Source: Octopus bimaculoides
Lineage: Eukaryota
Direction: 5' to 3'
Length of the DNA stretch: 36,145 nucleotides
Assembly: GCF_001194135.2 (NCBI RefSeq)
Contig: NC_068993.1
Location: forward strand, 660,796 to 696,940
Part shown: piece by piece, positions 1-11,210 of the stretch
Position numbering within the stretch: the first letter of the stretch is position 1
How the letters are laid out: every line of letters starts with the position of its first letter
Translations under genes and position numbers: made by a program
Notes under the pieces: generated by a model
Databases searched by the model: none
Told to the model about the DNA's origin: nothing
Seen by the model: the letters and a program-made list of their open reading frames with translations, nothing else

Positions 1-94
1 AGATCGTCACTGCTTGGCACAATCAATGTTATATCGGAAACAATACACCAAAACATTTTCTCCAATATTCTAATGTTTCCAATAATCCATTGCC

Positions 95-245
95 TTCGAC
101 TGGGACCTTATTTTTTCGACCTCACCAAAAAAAAAAAAAAAAAAAAATTAAAGTTGACTTCGGCGGGATTTGAACTCAGAACGAAAACAACCGGAACGAA
201 CACCGCAAAGTATTTTATCCGGCACTGTAGCAATTCTACTTTCAT
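95..245 (-). mobile_element. Octopus tRNA-derived SINE, family A (partial)
   Basis: gttctgagttcaaatcccgccgaagtcaacttt...ggtcga...aataag core. Confidence 0.75.
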
Positions 246-1373
246 GTAAAATAATAAAAATAGAAAACTTGATAGTATTAAATCACCATGAAGAATATAA
301 GCCACAGTAAATCTAGCAATGATAGTAAGAGAAAGAAAAGATGTTAAGTTTTTAATATTTCCAAAGTTGCCGAAAACATGTTCTGGTGGAGATATCGTCA
401 CAAGAAAACGGTGGAAAACTTTTCGAAAAACAGAATTTCGTAAAGTTTTCATTTATACAATTTACTATTTAGAGCCCAAGATAGTCTAAAATTAGCGGTT
501 AAATGATTATCACTAGGCAATTTGAAGTCATCGCTGTTGCTAAGATGTTGAGACTTAAGTAAACTAGTAACATTTGAAGATAACAGTACTTCTCTCTCTC
601 TCCCTCTCTCTCATATAATATTTATAACCGCAAAAACAGTGAAGCATAGCAATTTAAAAAAAGTATAAAGACAACTAAGGTAGACATTATCAAGTAGCAG
701 GGTAAACGAATTAATAGCAGTAGTCATAATTAGATACCGCCAAAGATGTGAAATAAAAAAAAAGAAATAGACAAGTAGTCAGACAGGTACTATATTTAAA
801 TTGCCAGAAAGAAAAAAAGAACTAACAAAAAGAAAATGTTGAATACGGGTGTTGAATAAAACGCGAATAAAATTTGTGCTGTTTGCGGTTTTCAGTTATT
901 TAAAAAATTAAGTCATTTCGGAGTTTAAAGTTTATGATGAATTCGTGAAGAAATGTTCAAAGAATTAGCTAGTCAGTTAAGATGAGAAGTGCGATAAGAA
1001 ATGTTGGTATGAAGGGCGGGGCCCACAGCGAGGAAACAAAGTTTTTAGCACTTTCGAATTTAGCAATAGTTTTGCCAAGCTCTTGCAAGAAAAATAATTA
1101 CAACATCATTGTGAAAGTATTTTACATCAAAGAGAATTCGTCCGAATATGAAAGTGATATTTTATATAAAAGCAGTTTAAAAATAAACGTTATTCGCAGA
1201 AATAAAATGCAGTCTACGATTTAAAGTATTTCATGCTCCAATAATAACGAGGATATAAAACCGCGAAATAGTCCATGTGCGAGAGAATATTATCCGGGAA
1301 GAAAAAAATCAAAATTATAAAAGGCATGCTTCCTTTTAAAAAAGGTTTCTGTCACATTTTAAGATTAGTTGTT

Positions 1374-1376
<3 letters not shown>

Positions 1377-1415
<39 letters not shown>
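1377..1415. repeat. (TAA)n microsatellite; others include (AAT)n ~1622-1654, (CA)n ~2966-2984, (TC)n ~6577-6601, (TA)n ~11177-11208, polyT ~17579-17606, (GGT)n ~30163-30190, (CA)n ~31315-31342, (ATT)n ~31425-31471, ~33583-33617 and ~33838-33891, (TG)n ~34547-34594, (TA)n ~35478-35510 and ~36108-36145
   Basis: Direct reading. Confidence 0.95.
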
Positions 1416-1419
<4 letters not shown>

Positions 1420-1621
1420 GAGTAAGTTGCTTTAATGAAAACGTGCATTAAATATGATGGATGCAGGTTGTATCTTTGAAAGGAGAATAAATGGAATTTG
1501 GAATTATTAAGAATAAAATAGCAGAATATTTGAATCAAAGAAAGAAAATCATAAACGTAATTTTTTTTTTTTCAAAGTTATTGAAGACTTCGAAGCTGTA
1601 AGAATTTCAAACCCGGTAAAC

Positions 1622-1655
<34 letters not shown>

Positions 1656-1878
1656 GTAATTTCATTTGAAATTAAAGAAAATAGAAAATACAGGCATGGA
1701 ATTATAGACTGGCTTCTATAAAGTATTAAATAATCCGAGATAGAAATATCTGGAAGCAACTTATATTTCACTTGCATGCAAGTGTTTTAATATATTAAGC
1801 GAAAACCTAATTAGTATGGTTTAATTGAGAGACTTATTGAAGAAATCGGAGATGAAATGGATTTGAAATGTTACTTAC

Positions 1879-2127
1879 TCAGTAAAATCACGCAAAAAAG
1901 GGGAGGTTCTGAATAGCAATTAAAAAATAATACCTCTGCAATATTTTATATCTACACATATATATATATATAGGTAATATTATATAGAAATATTGTATAA
2001 TATTACTATTATACAATATTATTATATATAAGAGAACGGAGAGAGAAAGCAAAAAGTCGCTCCGACGCCAAAAGAGACGGCCGGCCGTAATACGCACGCA
2101 GCCTCTAGACACAGTGCGCATGCGCAC
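1879..2127 (-). promoter_or_regulatory. Probable promoter and non-coding first exon of a gene running off the left edge
   Basis: CpG-dense patch 2050-2130, perfect palindrome GTGCGCATGCGCAC (2114-2127, NRF1/Ewg-type), consensus donor GA|GTAAGT at 1878-1873 on minus. Confidence 0.5.
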
Positions 2128-2845
2128 GCATCTAGCTAATTGGGCAATTTACAACTTTCTCTTAATTACTTCTTTATTAATGAATCAACGACGGAACTAC
2201 TGTAGAGATGGTCGACCTGCTAGAAAATACAGTCAAATCATATCCTGTCGTCTTTAAACAAAAATAACATATTGAATGATGTAGTCGTAAATATTGTGTA
2301 TGAAAACTAAAAAGAATATTGAGATAGGTTTTCTATTTGAAAGCTGTTTTGGGGCGAAGCACCAAGAAGACGATGGTGAAGGCAATAATTATGAAGAGAT
2401 ACAACATCGAGATGACATAACAGACACTTCTTGTAGACATCTATCTTAACGACAAGATACGGTAACGATGCTTTATCTCTCTCTCATTGTCAATCTACCA
2501 AAAGCCCAACATTCACTTATAATACATGTCCTTTCAACTCACAACATTTATATTCTATGTATTAGAAATTACTGTCTTAGTAAACATGTTTTTAATTAAT
2601 TTCCATTTCTAATAGTAAAGATTCTATTTCACCAACCTTTTTCCTTTCTTTTTTTTTTTTCGTATGTTACTCTCGCTGTTTGTGTTCCTTTCTTCTCGGC
2701 ATTACTTTAAATAAACGCCTTTTTCCTTCGAATTATCTTCAATTTATTTTGTTTCACATGGCCGAACACGAACGCTGATAAATTTGTCTCTGTTAATATA
2801 AATTTATATATTTGATTATTTCTGATAACGTTTTTACTAATAAGT

Positions 2846-2859
2846 GTTGTCATGGTAAC
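2846..2859. promoter_or_regulatory. RFX X-box candidate GTTGTCATGGTAAC
   Basis: Full match to the GTHNYYATRRNAAC consensus, ~0.7 kb from the NRF1-type promoter. Confidence 0.45.
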
Positions 2860-3049
2860 TAAGCAGTCTTCATTAGATCCAAGTGGGAACGGTTAAATAT
2901 TCCACTCCAAGTGGAGGAAAAGAATACACCCACCTCGCACGCACACGCACCTCGCACGCACACGCACACACACACACACACACGCTGATAACTTTTTTGT
3001 CGTTAACATTAAAGTAGGGGCAATTCAATACTTCCTTCGTTCACTGTTA

Positions 3050-3145
3050 TCATCATCACATCTGCTTTTTTCCATGCTGGCATGGGTTGAACGAGATTTT
3101 TAAAGACTGTATTCTACAACCAGATGCCTCCCTGGCACCAGCACC
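3050..3145 (-). mobile_element. Short 3' tail of the RTE-related family (…catgccagcatggaaaa…gatgatga)
   Basis: Same tail motif as at 15873-15920, 16785-16825 and 9985-10015. Confidence 0.55.
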
Positions 3146-3424
3146 AAGTAAGGTAGTGCATTGTATAGGAATTCGAACGTCGAACTGCTAGGCCGCGAGA
3201 CATAAATATCCCCGCTGTTCAAGTGGTGTCTTTGTCAACACACACACATACATACACGTGAGTGCGTGTTTATAAGAGGGAGTGGTTACTTCTGAAAATA
3301 TTTAGATAACAACTTTTCTTAATCAGGCCTTACTAGCAATTAACAATATATTCGTGATGTGATTGTGTGTGTGTGTATACATATTTTAATGGGGAAAACC
3401 GGTTTATGGGATTACCCTGGGTTT

Positions 3425-5260
3425 CCCATCAACAATGCTCAAAAGGAACTCAGCCACTCAAAAGGATCTCAGCCACCTCACTTATGTGAGGCCCAACACT
3501 CAAAAGGGACTCAGCCATTATGTCTCCATGAGGCCCCAGTGCGTGAAAGGAACTCAGCCACTAGTGCCCAATGTTCAAAGGTTCATTTTTTACGTGCCAC
3601 CAGCATGGGTGCACTTGGTTTGACGGGTCCTCTTCAGCAGAGCACATTGCCAAAGGTCCTGGTCACTAGTCATTGCCTCTGGGAGGTTCAAAGTTCAGTG
3701 ATTATGCTTCACCACCTTGTCCCATGTCTTCCTGGGTCTACCTCTACCATGGGTTCCCTCCACAGTTAGCACTTCTTTACACAGCTGCCCTCGTCCATAC
3801 GCATCACATGACCATACCAGCACAGTCTCTCTTGCATACCACATCTTATGCCTAACTTTTCTCTCAAGATGCTTACTCTCTATTGAACACTGACATTGCA
3901 CATCCAGCAAAGCACACTGGCTTCATTTCTTTCAAACCTACGCATATTCTCAGCTGTCACAGCCCTTGTTTTACTGCTATGCAGCATAGCTGTTCGCACA
4001 CAGGCATCATACAATCTGTCTTTCACTTTGAGAGAGGCCCTTTGTTGCCAGTAGGGGTAGGAGCTCTCTGAACTTTGCCCAGCCTAATGTTCTTCTCATA
4101 GAAACACTCTCGGAACAACCACCTCCACTACTAACCTGGTTGCCTAGATACCAGAAGCTATCTACTACCTCTAGCTTGCCCCCACCCCTCCACCCAAGCA
4201 GTTGATGGAGTCTATTTTCCGCACATAGATTTATTATGCCTGTGTGCCTTCCACATACATGTTAGTTTCTCTGTTAACCTTCCTTTGATGTTGCTGCATC
4301 TTTTGTGTGTCCAAAGCTTACACTGGATGCATCTTATGGAGTTTCTACTTACACTTTTTCTACAGATTGAGCAGGGCCATCTACCTGAAGTGGATTTGTG
4401 ATTTGTCTGCCTTCCTACTTACTATAGCTTTGATTTTTGCTAGGTTAACCCTCAGGCCCTTTGATTCTTGACCTTGCTTCCATACCTGAAACTTCTTTTG
4501 TAGCTCAGGTAGTGATTCAGCTATAAGAACAAGGTTATCAGCATAGAAGTGTTCCCAGGGGCAGCCTGTCTTGAATTCCTCTGTTATTGCCTGGGGGACT
4601 ATGATGATCAAGTGGGGGCTGAGCACCAATGCTTGGTGAACCCCTACTTGTACCGGTATTTTTCCTGCAGTTGCCTTACCAGAAATATAGCATCAGTGGT
4701 GCTTCTACCTGGCACAGAGCCAAACTGCATCTCATCTAGACTAACTCTCTCTCTAATTAGTTGGACTATGACCCTCTCCATGACTTTCATCACCTGATCC
4801 AACAATTTGATACCTCTGTAATTATTTCTATCTAAGGCATCACCTTTACCTTTGTAGCAGTTGACTATGGTGCTGCTACACCAGTCATTTGGTATGACTC
4901 CTTTATGAACCACCTGATTTACAATATGGGTGACTAGACCATAGCCCACACTGCTAGATATTTTACACATCTCAGCGGTGATTCCTGATGGGCTGGGAGC
5001 TTTCCCTGTCTTCATATCCTTAGTTGCTTTATCTACCAAGGCACTGTCAATTCGGATAGCTGGTCTCTGAGTTGGATCAACATTTGGCAGACTCTGCTCC
5101 TCCCGTTCATTCTCCATGTTCGGCAGTCTTTCATAACGACATCTCCAAACCTCTTTCTTTGCAGAATCATTAAAAGCAAGTGCACCATCATCCTTGTCTG
5201 CCGACCATGTTCAACCTTAATCCTTTTTACTTCAGGACTTTCCATAAGCATAAAAGATTA
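3425..5260 (-). mobile_element. 5'-truncated, internally deleted RTE-clade LINE (RT region and 3' end)
   Basis: Frames give GKAPSPSGITAEM...IPNDW...YKGKGDALDRNNYRGIKLL...MQFGSVPGRSTTDAIF..RQLQEKY, then VGVHQ..VLSP...CPWEHFYADNLVLIAES and GRGRPRKTWDKVV. YADD is mutated to YADN; the segment between LQEKY and VGVHQG is missing (junction ~4645); stops and frameshifts present. Confidence 0.9.
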
Positions 5261-6394
5261 AATTTCAACAGAAGCCTGTTGTTAATGTTTGAGAAAGCTA
5301 TTTGCACTTTTGGTCTTTTTCTTTTGATCTTCCAACTTGTTTTCTGCTTGAAACCAGTCTTCATGTTATTTCAAAAATTAGAAGAATTAACGATTTATGA
5401 CAATTGTTTGAAGATTCTTTTGTTTAATTTGGTCCCCACGTGGGGTTGTGAGGTGAAGAATTTTATTTTACAGCCACATGGTCCCAGGTTCAATGTTGCC
5501 TCTTTAGATCACTTTTTATCTTTTATTTTTTTTACTTGTTATTGTCATTGGACTATGGCCATGCTGGGGCACCACCCTGAACAGTTTAGTGGAAATAAAC
5601 TCCAATACTTATTTTTTGAAAACTTGGTACTTATTCTATCAGTCTGTTTTGCCAAACTGCTAAGTTATGGAGGAAAGGGAGATGAAGATTATCTCAGATT
5701 ATAAGACTTGCAGAGAATTAAAATTGTTTGGTTGATAAAAATATATTAAAATTTGAATTTTTAAAAATTTTCTACACAGTGGAGACTTTAATTGCTTTTT
5801 CTGTTTTTTAGTAAAAGTTACATAATTGCCACTAATCAATAAGCAGCATTCTGCATTAAAGTATAAATATCTTCGGTTCATTTAGTGACAAATCCTGTCA
5901 TTTACTACTTTCTTGTTTCCTAATCATTCGAAGTAGATAACACAACAGATTTGCTGTATAATTACAACACAAAAACCACCTTCCTTATGTAACTACTTTT
6001 TAACTTCTGTCGCTTCTTGTTCTTTTCGCTTTCTAATCAACACGACGGCCTCTTATCTTGCATGTCTTCCTACTTAATGTCTTCTCTTGTATCTTTGAAG
6101 TGGATCTTAAAAAATATTTTCCATGATAAGTGACTGATAATTTCACTCTTCTCCCCACCCCCCAACAACAACAACATCTCCCGTTTTTGCTGTGATAACG
6201 TGTGTGTGTGTGTGTGTTTATACAAGAAACTGATTTAAAAGATAAACAATTACATATTTATGACTAATGGAAATATGTTCAGATCTGACTTGGCAGAGAA
6301 TCTCACTTGTTACGGTTTCTGGGGAGTTCGCAGTTTCTTGGAAATTCATTCTGCACACACACAAATAACAATAAGGGAACCTCTTTGTAGTTAC

Positions 6395-6580
6395 CTAGCA
6401 TGCTAGAAATAGCAGCCAAATTCCTTTCAAATCACAACCTATCACTTTTTTTTTAAAAGAACATGTTGATGTAGTCCTGGCGTCTCTACGCATAGAGAAA
6501 AGACAAGGATGGCCATGGTTGGAATGATCATGATACCAAGGTTTATTCAGTCACTGTTGACTTGTAGCTCAACCAACCTC
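6395..6580 (+). repeat. Dispersed repeat family D (also ~2195-2290 -, 7265-7400 -, 8700-8880 +, 19570-19700 -, 20270-20375 -, 32330-32440 +)
   Basis: Recurring blocks gctagaaatagcagccaaat...aaatcacacc and gatgg(c/t)catggttggaatg. Confidence 0.65.
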
Positions 6581-6658
6581 TCTCTCTCTCTCTCTCTCTC
6601 TTTCATATTTAGTTAAAAACCATCAACAAATACAATTACTAAAACTAGGAGTTGCTAT

Positions 6659-6672
6659 GTTACCATGGTGAC
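6659..6672. promoter_or_regulatory. RFX X-box candidate GTTACCATGGTGAC, with adjacent GTTGCTAT half-site at 6651
   Basis: Reverse complement GTCACCATGGTAAC matches GTHNYYATRRNAAC. Confidence 0.35.
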
Positions 6673-8093
6673 AAAAACTTCTGCTTCAAAGAAAGCTTTC
6701 TTTTGTCCGTTGAATAATGGCTCCACCCCACCCCACCCCCGTCCACACACTGACCTTTTCTTTGACTGCGGATAATATTTCACCAAGTATTACCTTATCG
6801 TTACAACAGACACTAATATTGACTTTAATCATTTTCTGCTTTCTTTCTTTCTTCCTTTCCCTCCTTCCTTCCTTTTCTTTGTTTTTCTTCCTTTTCTGCC
6901 ATTCTCCATTTGTGCGGAGGTGGAATAATTTATCAATGCAGAAGTTGTTGTCTTCAGCACAGATTGGCAGGAAAGGGCAACGTCCTATGACCCCTATGTG
7001 TTTTCAGGAGTTTCCAATGCTAGGAAAGGGACCAGAGATTTCATTCAAATGTTAGGAACAGAGTGAATTCCACCAAGGGACCAGGAGACATTAAACTAGA
7101 TTAACTCCACTAAACATTTAATCCAATGCCATGATAATTCCACCCAGCCACCCGGCCACCTCTATTAGACTGGGAATCTATTTATTAACTCCAAAAAGAT
7201 GAAAGATAAAGTTGACCTCAGCTGAAAGCAATACAATATATTTTAAAGAACCCTCGAAAATTCATTGCTCTGTCATTGATCAGAAGGGGCATGGCCATGA
7301 CTATCTTGTCTTCTTTTCTAAACTAACATCAACTAATGTGTCCTTCATCTTAATACTTAGTAGAGTGTGATCTGACAGAGATTTAGCTGCTATTTCTGGG
7401 TCGTTTTTCCAACTGGATATCCTTCTTGTTATTGTGAATTAGGAATACCTGTAATATATGTGGGATTATTGAGGGTACTTATAGCATATATAGGATTGTT
7501 AGGGGTACCTGTGATATATATGGGATTGAATCTGAAATGTGAGAAACTATGTGGAAGTGAAACCCAACTTGAAAAACAAGAGATCAAACTTCAAAAAAAA
7601 TGTTGTTAGTCCAGACACTGTTACCTGTAGTGTGACCATGGTCAAGATACTTTTAATTATTACAGGCAGAAAGTAATAAACTTAACAGAAACTGTATTGC
7701 CATGATACACTATGTAAAAATAGTTTTATAACAATATACATACAAGTGTATATGCAAATGTATGTAGCAGTAAATTGACATCTAATTGTGTAGCCTGGAT
7801 TTAAAGTACGTCATGAAGGGGTGACAAACAGGAATTCAACCATAAAACATTGCTCGAGAAAACCAAACCAGCTTTTATGTCAGTAGGGGAAAAGCAGAAA
7901 ATGAAAACAATAATGATATATATGTTGAGAGAGAGAGAAAGAGAGAGGGAGGGAGAGAGATGCAGCCGCACACACACATATTTATTTATATATACATGCA
8001 CATGTGTCTGTGTAGGAATAAAAATTAAACTGTGTGGGTTGTAAGTACAGATGCAGGACAGCCAGAGCCAGTAATTTTATTATCGTTATTAAT

Positions 8094-8430
8094 GGCTGTG
8101 AGCTGGCAGAATTGTTAGCATGTCACACAAAATGCTTAGCGGTATTTCGTCTGCTGTTACGTTCTGAGTTCAAATTCCGCCGAGGTCAACTTTGCCTTTC
8201 ATCGTTTCGGGGTCGATAAATTAAGTACCAGTTACGCACTGGGGTCGATGTAATCGACTTAATCCCTTTGTCTGTCCTTGTTTGGCCCCTTGTGGGCAAT
8301 AAAGAAATAAGAATTGTTAGCATGTCAGACAAAATGCTTAGCAACATATCTTCAGGTTCTCTGTGTTCTGAGTTCAAATCTCACCAAAATCCACCTTGCC
8401 TTTTATCCTTTCAGGGTCGATAAAATAAAG
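8094..8430 (+). mobile_element. SINE family A, full copy followed by a tandem partial copy (another fragment at ~8590-8680)
   Basis: gagctggcagaattgttagc...aaatgcttagcggtatttcgtc...gttctgagttcaaattccgccgaggtcaactttgcctttcatc...ggggtcgataaattaagtaccag. Confidence 0.9.
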
Positions 8431-9016
8431 TCCTGGATCAATTAAATAAAGTACACTTCCATCAACCCCAGTTGGGTACTTTGTTTGATGTAATGGACTG
8501 AAGTGATTCTCCCAAAATTTACTGGCTTTCCACCCAAATGTCAAAGTCTTACCATTCCTGGCAAAAGGGTGAGCAACATGTTATCCGTCTTTACTTTCTG
8601 AGGTCAAAACTTTGCCTTTCATCCTTTCAAGGTCGATAAATTAGGGACCAATTGAGCACTGGGGTCGATGTAGTCAATTATTATTATTATTATTTATACA
8701 TGCTAAATGCAAAGAGGCAGTCACTTGATCCGCTTGAAAAATAGGTAAATTTTCTCAAACCACACCTTACTATCTTCGAAAATGGAAGAATCTGGATCCA
8801 TTGTAAATAAGGTGGTCATGGTTGGAATGCTTTTATCATAGGTTTACTCAACTAAGGGTCACTGGGGTTAAACAACATGGTAGTTGAATACATTGACATT
8901 TGTATTCATGTTCACTCACACTCACACACATTTACACAATGGCAAACGATTACACTTAAACAACACCTGATATTATAAAACATACTTACACACCTGTGAC
9001 GATATGGTCTCATGAT

Positions 9017-9200
9017 TGGCTGTGTGGTAAGTAGCTTGCTTACCAACCACATAGTTCCAGGTTCAGTCCCACTGCGTGGCACCACGGGCAAGTGTCTTTT
9101 ACTTTATCCTCAGGCCGACCAAAGCCTTGTGAGTGGATTTGGTAGACGGAAACTGAAAGAAGCCTGTCGTATGTAAATGTTTGTGTGTCTGTGTTTGTCC
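9017..9200 (+). mobile_element. Octopus tRNA-derived SINE, family B (other copy 28025-28160 on minus)
   Basis: ggctgtgtggtaagtagcttgcttaccaaccacatagttccaggttcagtcccactgcgtggcacc...ggccgaccaaagccttgtgagtggatttggtagacggaaactgaaagaagcc; A/B-box-like head. Confidence 0.85.
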
Positions 9201-10467
9201 CCCTCAACCACACTTAACAACCAATACTGGTGTAGATATAGGTCTGTTCTTCCTCAAAATATATAAACCAAAAGACAATTGATATGACATGTCAATGACT
9301 TCTCCTCCATTATTTATCCAGTTTGAAACAATTAGACACACAAGTTTGAAATAACACAAATTTTAAGTGGTAGCCGTGAGTAGTGTGTCCTCCCGACATT
9401 TTAATGACAATCAGATGAAGAGACAAGTGTTATGCTCCATTCTCTGTCACTGTTTAGATGTCAACATTCACGTTGTTATTATTAGCTTCTCTCCTGGAAA
9501 CGTTTCTCAAGCAAAATTCTTTTTTCTTCTGTCTTCCCTCTTCTTCTTCTTCCTCCTCTTTCTTTAAATTTTTATATCAAACCCAAAATGCATCTGAACC
9601 TCTACCATTATCTTACATCTGTCTATTTGGGAAGAAATGGTGGTGGATGATCTCAGGAGACAAAATAACAAATGGTGGTCACTGTACTAAGACCAGTCCA
9701 GTTCCTGCAAATAGGAAGGAATTGGCATGGAAATGATGATGATGATGATACCAAAGGCCTACATGTAAATGTTTTCACACAGATACATTCAAGGAACTTA
9801 TACACCCATGAATGACAGATATATTCACAGGCAGGCCACTGTATAAACAGTTTATATATACACTCTCAGACACATAAACCATATGCAGGTATACTCAGAT
9901 AACATACCTACATCCTCTACACACACACACACACACGAGGGTTGTTACTCCAAATAAGGAGTAGCTCAGCCTAAGTTGATTCATCTGACCCATGCCAACA
10001 TGGAAATGATGAAGATAAACACACTCGCTTTCTATATTGTTCATCATTATCGTTACCAACCAATTAGAGATGAGGTGCCACTCTTTTTATACAGTTTGTT
10101 TACGACAGTGTTTCTTCTGATTTCTCAAGAACTGCTAAAAATTTTGTTTTCGTTTTATCAATAATTACTGAACTAAATTTTAAAAAAAAGTTTTATTTTT
10201 TTCACATTTTACTTTTTAAAAAAATCATTTTGAAATAGATTAAATGAACAAATATTTCATTAATGGTGAGTCGTGGGTCATACTTTAAGTTGCGGGATTT
10301 TAAAAAGTATAAAAGAGTTATAAGAAAGTTAAAAAAAAAAAAAAACCATTTAAAAGATGTTTTAATAAAATATGAGTATTACAGGTTTGAAACTGAGTTT
10401 GAGGCAGAAGTAACCCCCACCCCCTACAGAATTATATATTTTCTTGTTATAAAACTTGTACCAGACT

Positions 10468-10527
10468 TCAAGACATTTTCATCGCATCCTGCTCCTTCAA
10501 GGCATCCTGTTTTTGATATGATTTGTC
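10468..10527 (-). CDS. MPV17L2: MPV17L2 exon 5, terminal coding part (DKSYQKQDALKEQDAMKMS*)
   Basis: First strong phase-0 acceptor after exon 4 (ctttattttcttttacAG at 10529-10528); TGA at 10470-10468; candidate polyA signals ATTAAA (10366-10361) and AATAAA (10197-10192). The tail is not conserved, so the call rests on splice signals. Confidence 0.72.
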   Translation of the reverse strand, partial: DKSYQKQDALKEQDAMKMS

Positions 10528-11173
10528 CTGTAAAAGAAAATAAAGTTTTTATAAACAAAATAAAAATCAATTCTGGATTTTCTTTTTTCGTATTTTGTTT
10601 AAATTTCCATCTTTTAAGATCAACAAAGCAAAAAGGTTGGATCAATTGGATCAGAGATTGTCTGACAGCCATGGCTGGGTTCTCCTGCTTGTGTGGCATG
10701 GGGCAGAGTCCTGCTGCCATAAATAGGGTCTTCCAGCAGCCACCCTCTTGACCCAGGGCAGCACTACCTCCTCCAGGCACTTGATGTAGGCATCTGGGTT
10801 GAATCTGAGGTCGTGTGAGAAGATGAAATGGAGGCATAACATCGCCATCACTAGTGATCACTCCAAACACCATGATACTGACTGGATGTTTGATATTTAT
10901 CACTCTTGGTACATGTTTTGGGGATACAACAAGCCAACGGTTGTTCAGTGTGTTCATCATCTGTTCATGTTGGAGCTTCCGGCATGAATGCCAAGCAGTA
11001 CAGCATGTCGCTTCCAAATTTCTGGCAGAGTGAATTTCGTCATGATGCTGTTTTTCAAACACAGATGATACCCAACTGACCCTACAATACTGTGTAGTTG
11101 ACAAAATCAAAAACAAACAATTTGCATTCCTGAAATTAAAAACATAAAATGGTGACAATTTACCCATTGCATC

Positions 11174-11210
<37 letters not shown>

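Noticed and set aside
108-1224. ORFs 108..452 and 982..1224
   Set aside because: The first runs into a SINE and polyA; neither has recognisable motifs
6700-7100. Stop-free frames on both strands (MAPPHP...; KHIGVIGRCPF...; EVVVFSTDWQER...)
   Set aside because: Largely CT/GA low-complexity sequence, no recognisable family, no coherent splice partners
9017-9090. tRNA-like heads of SINEs
   Set aside because: Degenerate, embedded in SINE bodies, no complete cloverleaf; not called as tRNA genes
9687-10137. Alternative MPV17L2 terminal exons (ELDWS* at 9704-9687; (Q)FLRNQKKHCRKQTV* at 10134/10131-10087)
   Set aside because: The stronger, more proximal acceptor at 10528 with downstream polyA signals is more parsimonious; only RNA-seq could revive these
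10484-10510. CAGGATGC twice in exon 5, resembling the mariner terminus CAGGATGCAATG
   Set aside because: Direct rather than inverted orientation and only 8-12 nt; probably coincidence, not an exonised TIR
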